A program made the translations under genes and the position numbers. The notes beneath the pieces are model-generated. The model was not told the DNA's origin, searched no databases, and saw nothing but the letters and a program-made list of their open reading frames with translations. A DNA stretch of 64,000 nucleotides from Callorhinchus milii (taxonomy: Eukaryota), in NCBI RefSeq assembly GCF_018977255.1, contig NW_024704743.1, positions 103,480,001 to 103,544,000 of the forward strand, given 5' to 3'. Within the stretch, counting starts at the first letter, position 1. Each line of letters opens with the position of its first letter. Of this stretch, positions 61,955 to 64,000 are shown piece by piece.

Positions 61955-62125
61955 AGGAATCCAGTAGCTCAGTGGTTAGAGCACTCACCTCGTAAGTGAG
62001 AGACCTGGGTTTGATTCTCGGCAGGGCGAAACATTGGGCAAGTTTCCTTACTCCACATGCCTCTGTTTACCTAGCAGTAAGTACGATTGGTGGATCACTT
62101 TTCTGGGGACAATAATCCCTCAAAA
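61955..62125 (+). mobile_element. tRNA SINE long variant, 5' half
   Basis: gtagctcagtggttagagcactc..ctctgtttacctagcagtaagta..gatcacttttctgggg. Confidence 0.85.
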
Positions 62126-63556
62126 ATAAAAAAAAATAATTCTTCCAATATTCCTCTGTGGCTCCCTCCAGTCTGCTTTCAAAATCCATCTGAAATATCT
62201 TTGACTGCACTTTCCTCCACACGTTTCCTAGCCAGCTCAATATCTCCTCTGTCTTTGAAGCATTCTGAGATGTTCTCCTACAAGAACAGAGCTGTTGTTG
62301 CTTTTGCTGCTGCTGAAGCTGCTGAGTTAATAAGCTTGCTTTATACTCTGCACTATTCACAGCATGCAATTATTAAAACTTTAACTGGTTTAAAAAAAGA
62401 CACATGAAGGACAAAATCTTGCAGCTGAACTGTTGCTTGTATGTTAAACACATGTCTACTCACATTCCTTTACAAATCATAGAATCATTCAAAGTTACAG
62501 TAATGAAACAGGCCATTTGGCCCATCAAATCTATGATGATGATTATTTTCACATTAACCAAATCATTTAATCCCACATTCCTGCTTGCTCAAGCTTTTTT
62601 TTCAAGCTTCTAACCAAATAAACTGTAGACTCTGCTTCAACAATGGCAGAGAATTTTGCATTTCAACAATCCTCTGTGTAAAAATTTAGGTGCAAAAGAG
62701 ACAAAGGAGTACAATTTGAATACAGTCCTGGCGAATGGCATGACAGTTTCCCCTAGCTTCGGCTGTCAGGTTCCTACGAGATGCAAGATAGATCAGTCTC
62801 AATTCTGTTCCCAGCCTGTATGAATCTACAGTGCAAAATACTGGCCAATGCAGCGCTTAATCCAGCATTATCTTGGCATTAAAATGATAATCTCCTTCCA
62901 GGAAGTCACAAGGAATGCTGAGGTGCAAAATGGAAAATCATGCATCACAGTCATCGATTGGAGAGGAAACTGAGCAATGTACCACAGGAATCATTTCATT
63001 CATTTCAATGCTATATAAACTAATGCCAAGAGGACACAATGAAACATGTCATTTGGCAGTTTATTACAATAGTAGTACTGAAAACACATAAGACACAAAA
63101 AGGCAATTCCAAATAAAGATGCTTAATAAAGCATTGCCTGCAAATACACAGTCACTATAATCAACTGTGAAGTATTTTGCGAGGTTTTGATAGTTAAGGT
63201 GCAATTGGATGATATAGTGGAATCCCATTGTAGCAGATTTTAATATATGACAACCTGCTCAGCGCTTGGGTGTACAGTGAACCCACACTAACCAGGAGTA
63301 CATTCAGATTTCAGTGTTGATTGGCTGGTTTACAGTCCTAAAAGATGGCTAATATCCAGGTCATCAGCTCACTGCTGACATCAGTTCCTGCACATTGCTC
63401 ACAGGCATCCTTGATCCAGGAGATTGGAGGAAGTGACATCAGCCAATCATCTTGTCCTGCTTCACTTCTAAAGTGGTCATTGAGACATTGGAGGCAGCCA
63501 AACATGCTACAACCAGGTTTTCCTGCACTACTGCACAGACGTCAACAAATACTGGA

Positions 63557-63760
63557 TTTTGGTTAGTCAACCTGGTATAATAATAACAATAATAATAATC
63601 CTTGCATTTGATATAGCACCTTATCACATCTTTGAGATGTCTCAAAGCGCTTCACAGAATTTATTGTAAAGTGAATTGGCTGTATATCTTTGTGGGTGTA
63701 TCTGACACACACAGAAACCCATACCTTAAGAGTGTCTAAACCAAACAACTGAGAGAACTA
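63557..63760 (+). repeat. Outer-end fragment of the palindromic family, interrupted by a SINE tail (~63,578-63,695, minus strand)
   Basis: ttttggttagtc ... tctgacacacacagaaaccc..cttaagagtgtctaaaccaaac. Confidence 0.65.
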
Positions 63761-64000
63761 ACTGTATTGTCGAAAATAGGTTGTGGAGAGCAGAGGCTAT
63801 TTCAGTTTCTGTTTACTCTGTTTAATTTTTAGAGTGCAAATGTAAATTAGCTGTTATTGGGTAGGAGGCTATCACAGGACAAGTTTAATAAAATTAACCC
63901 CTGCATTTGATACAGCACCTATAATGTTGACAATATCTCAAAGTACTTCACAAAGTTTCGTTTTTTTAATTGACAGGAGTTATTCGGGGGTGGGTTTCTG

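Noticed and set aside
63345..63566. 73-aa ATG-initiated ORF
   Set aside because: No recognisable domain; runs into a repeat fragment
1..64000. Remaining short six-frame ORFs, including poly-Ile/Tyr/Leu runs
   Set aside because: Chance frames, antisense repeat frames, or translations of (ATT)n/(GTT)n tails

Overview
Repeat-rich, AT-rich vertebrate non-coding DNA (large intron or gene desert). The repeat families suggest a cartilaginous fish, possibly a chimaera (inference). I found no host exon, rRNA, true tRNA gene or CRISPR array. Every ORF I can recognise is a retrotransposon or Helitron relic. Content: CR1 LINEs (two 3'-end families plus older relics), L2 LINEs, a young tRNA-headed SINE ending in (ATT)n, an older Deu-domain SINE (SacSINE1-like), an internally deleted Helitron, and Penelope-like and hAT-like scraps, often nested. 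Highlights: (1) a hidden ~1.2 kb foldback palindrome centred at ~53,906, split by a later CR1 insertion, with single-arm copies elsewhere; (2) repeated junctions where a retroelement tail is fused to a templated copy of nearby DNA; (3) a multi-level SINE/Helitron nest; (4) a diverged ~550 bp duplication; (5) a pre-miRNA-like hairpin. Boundaries of old repeats are approximate and were read by eye.
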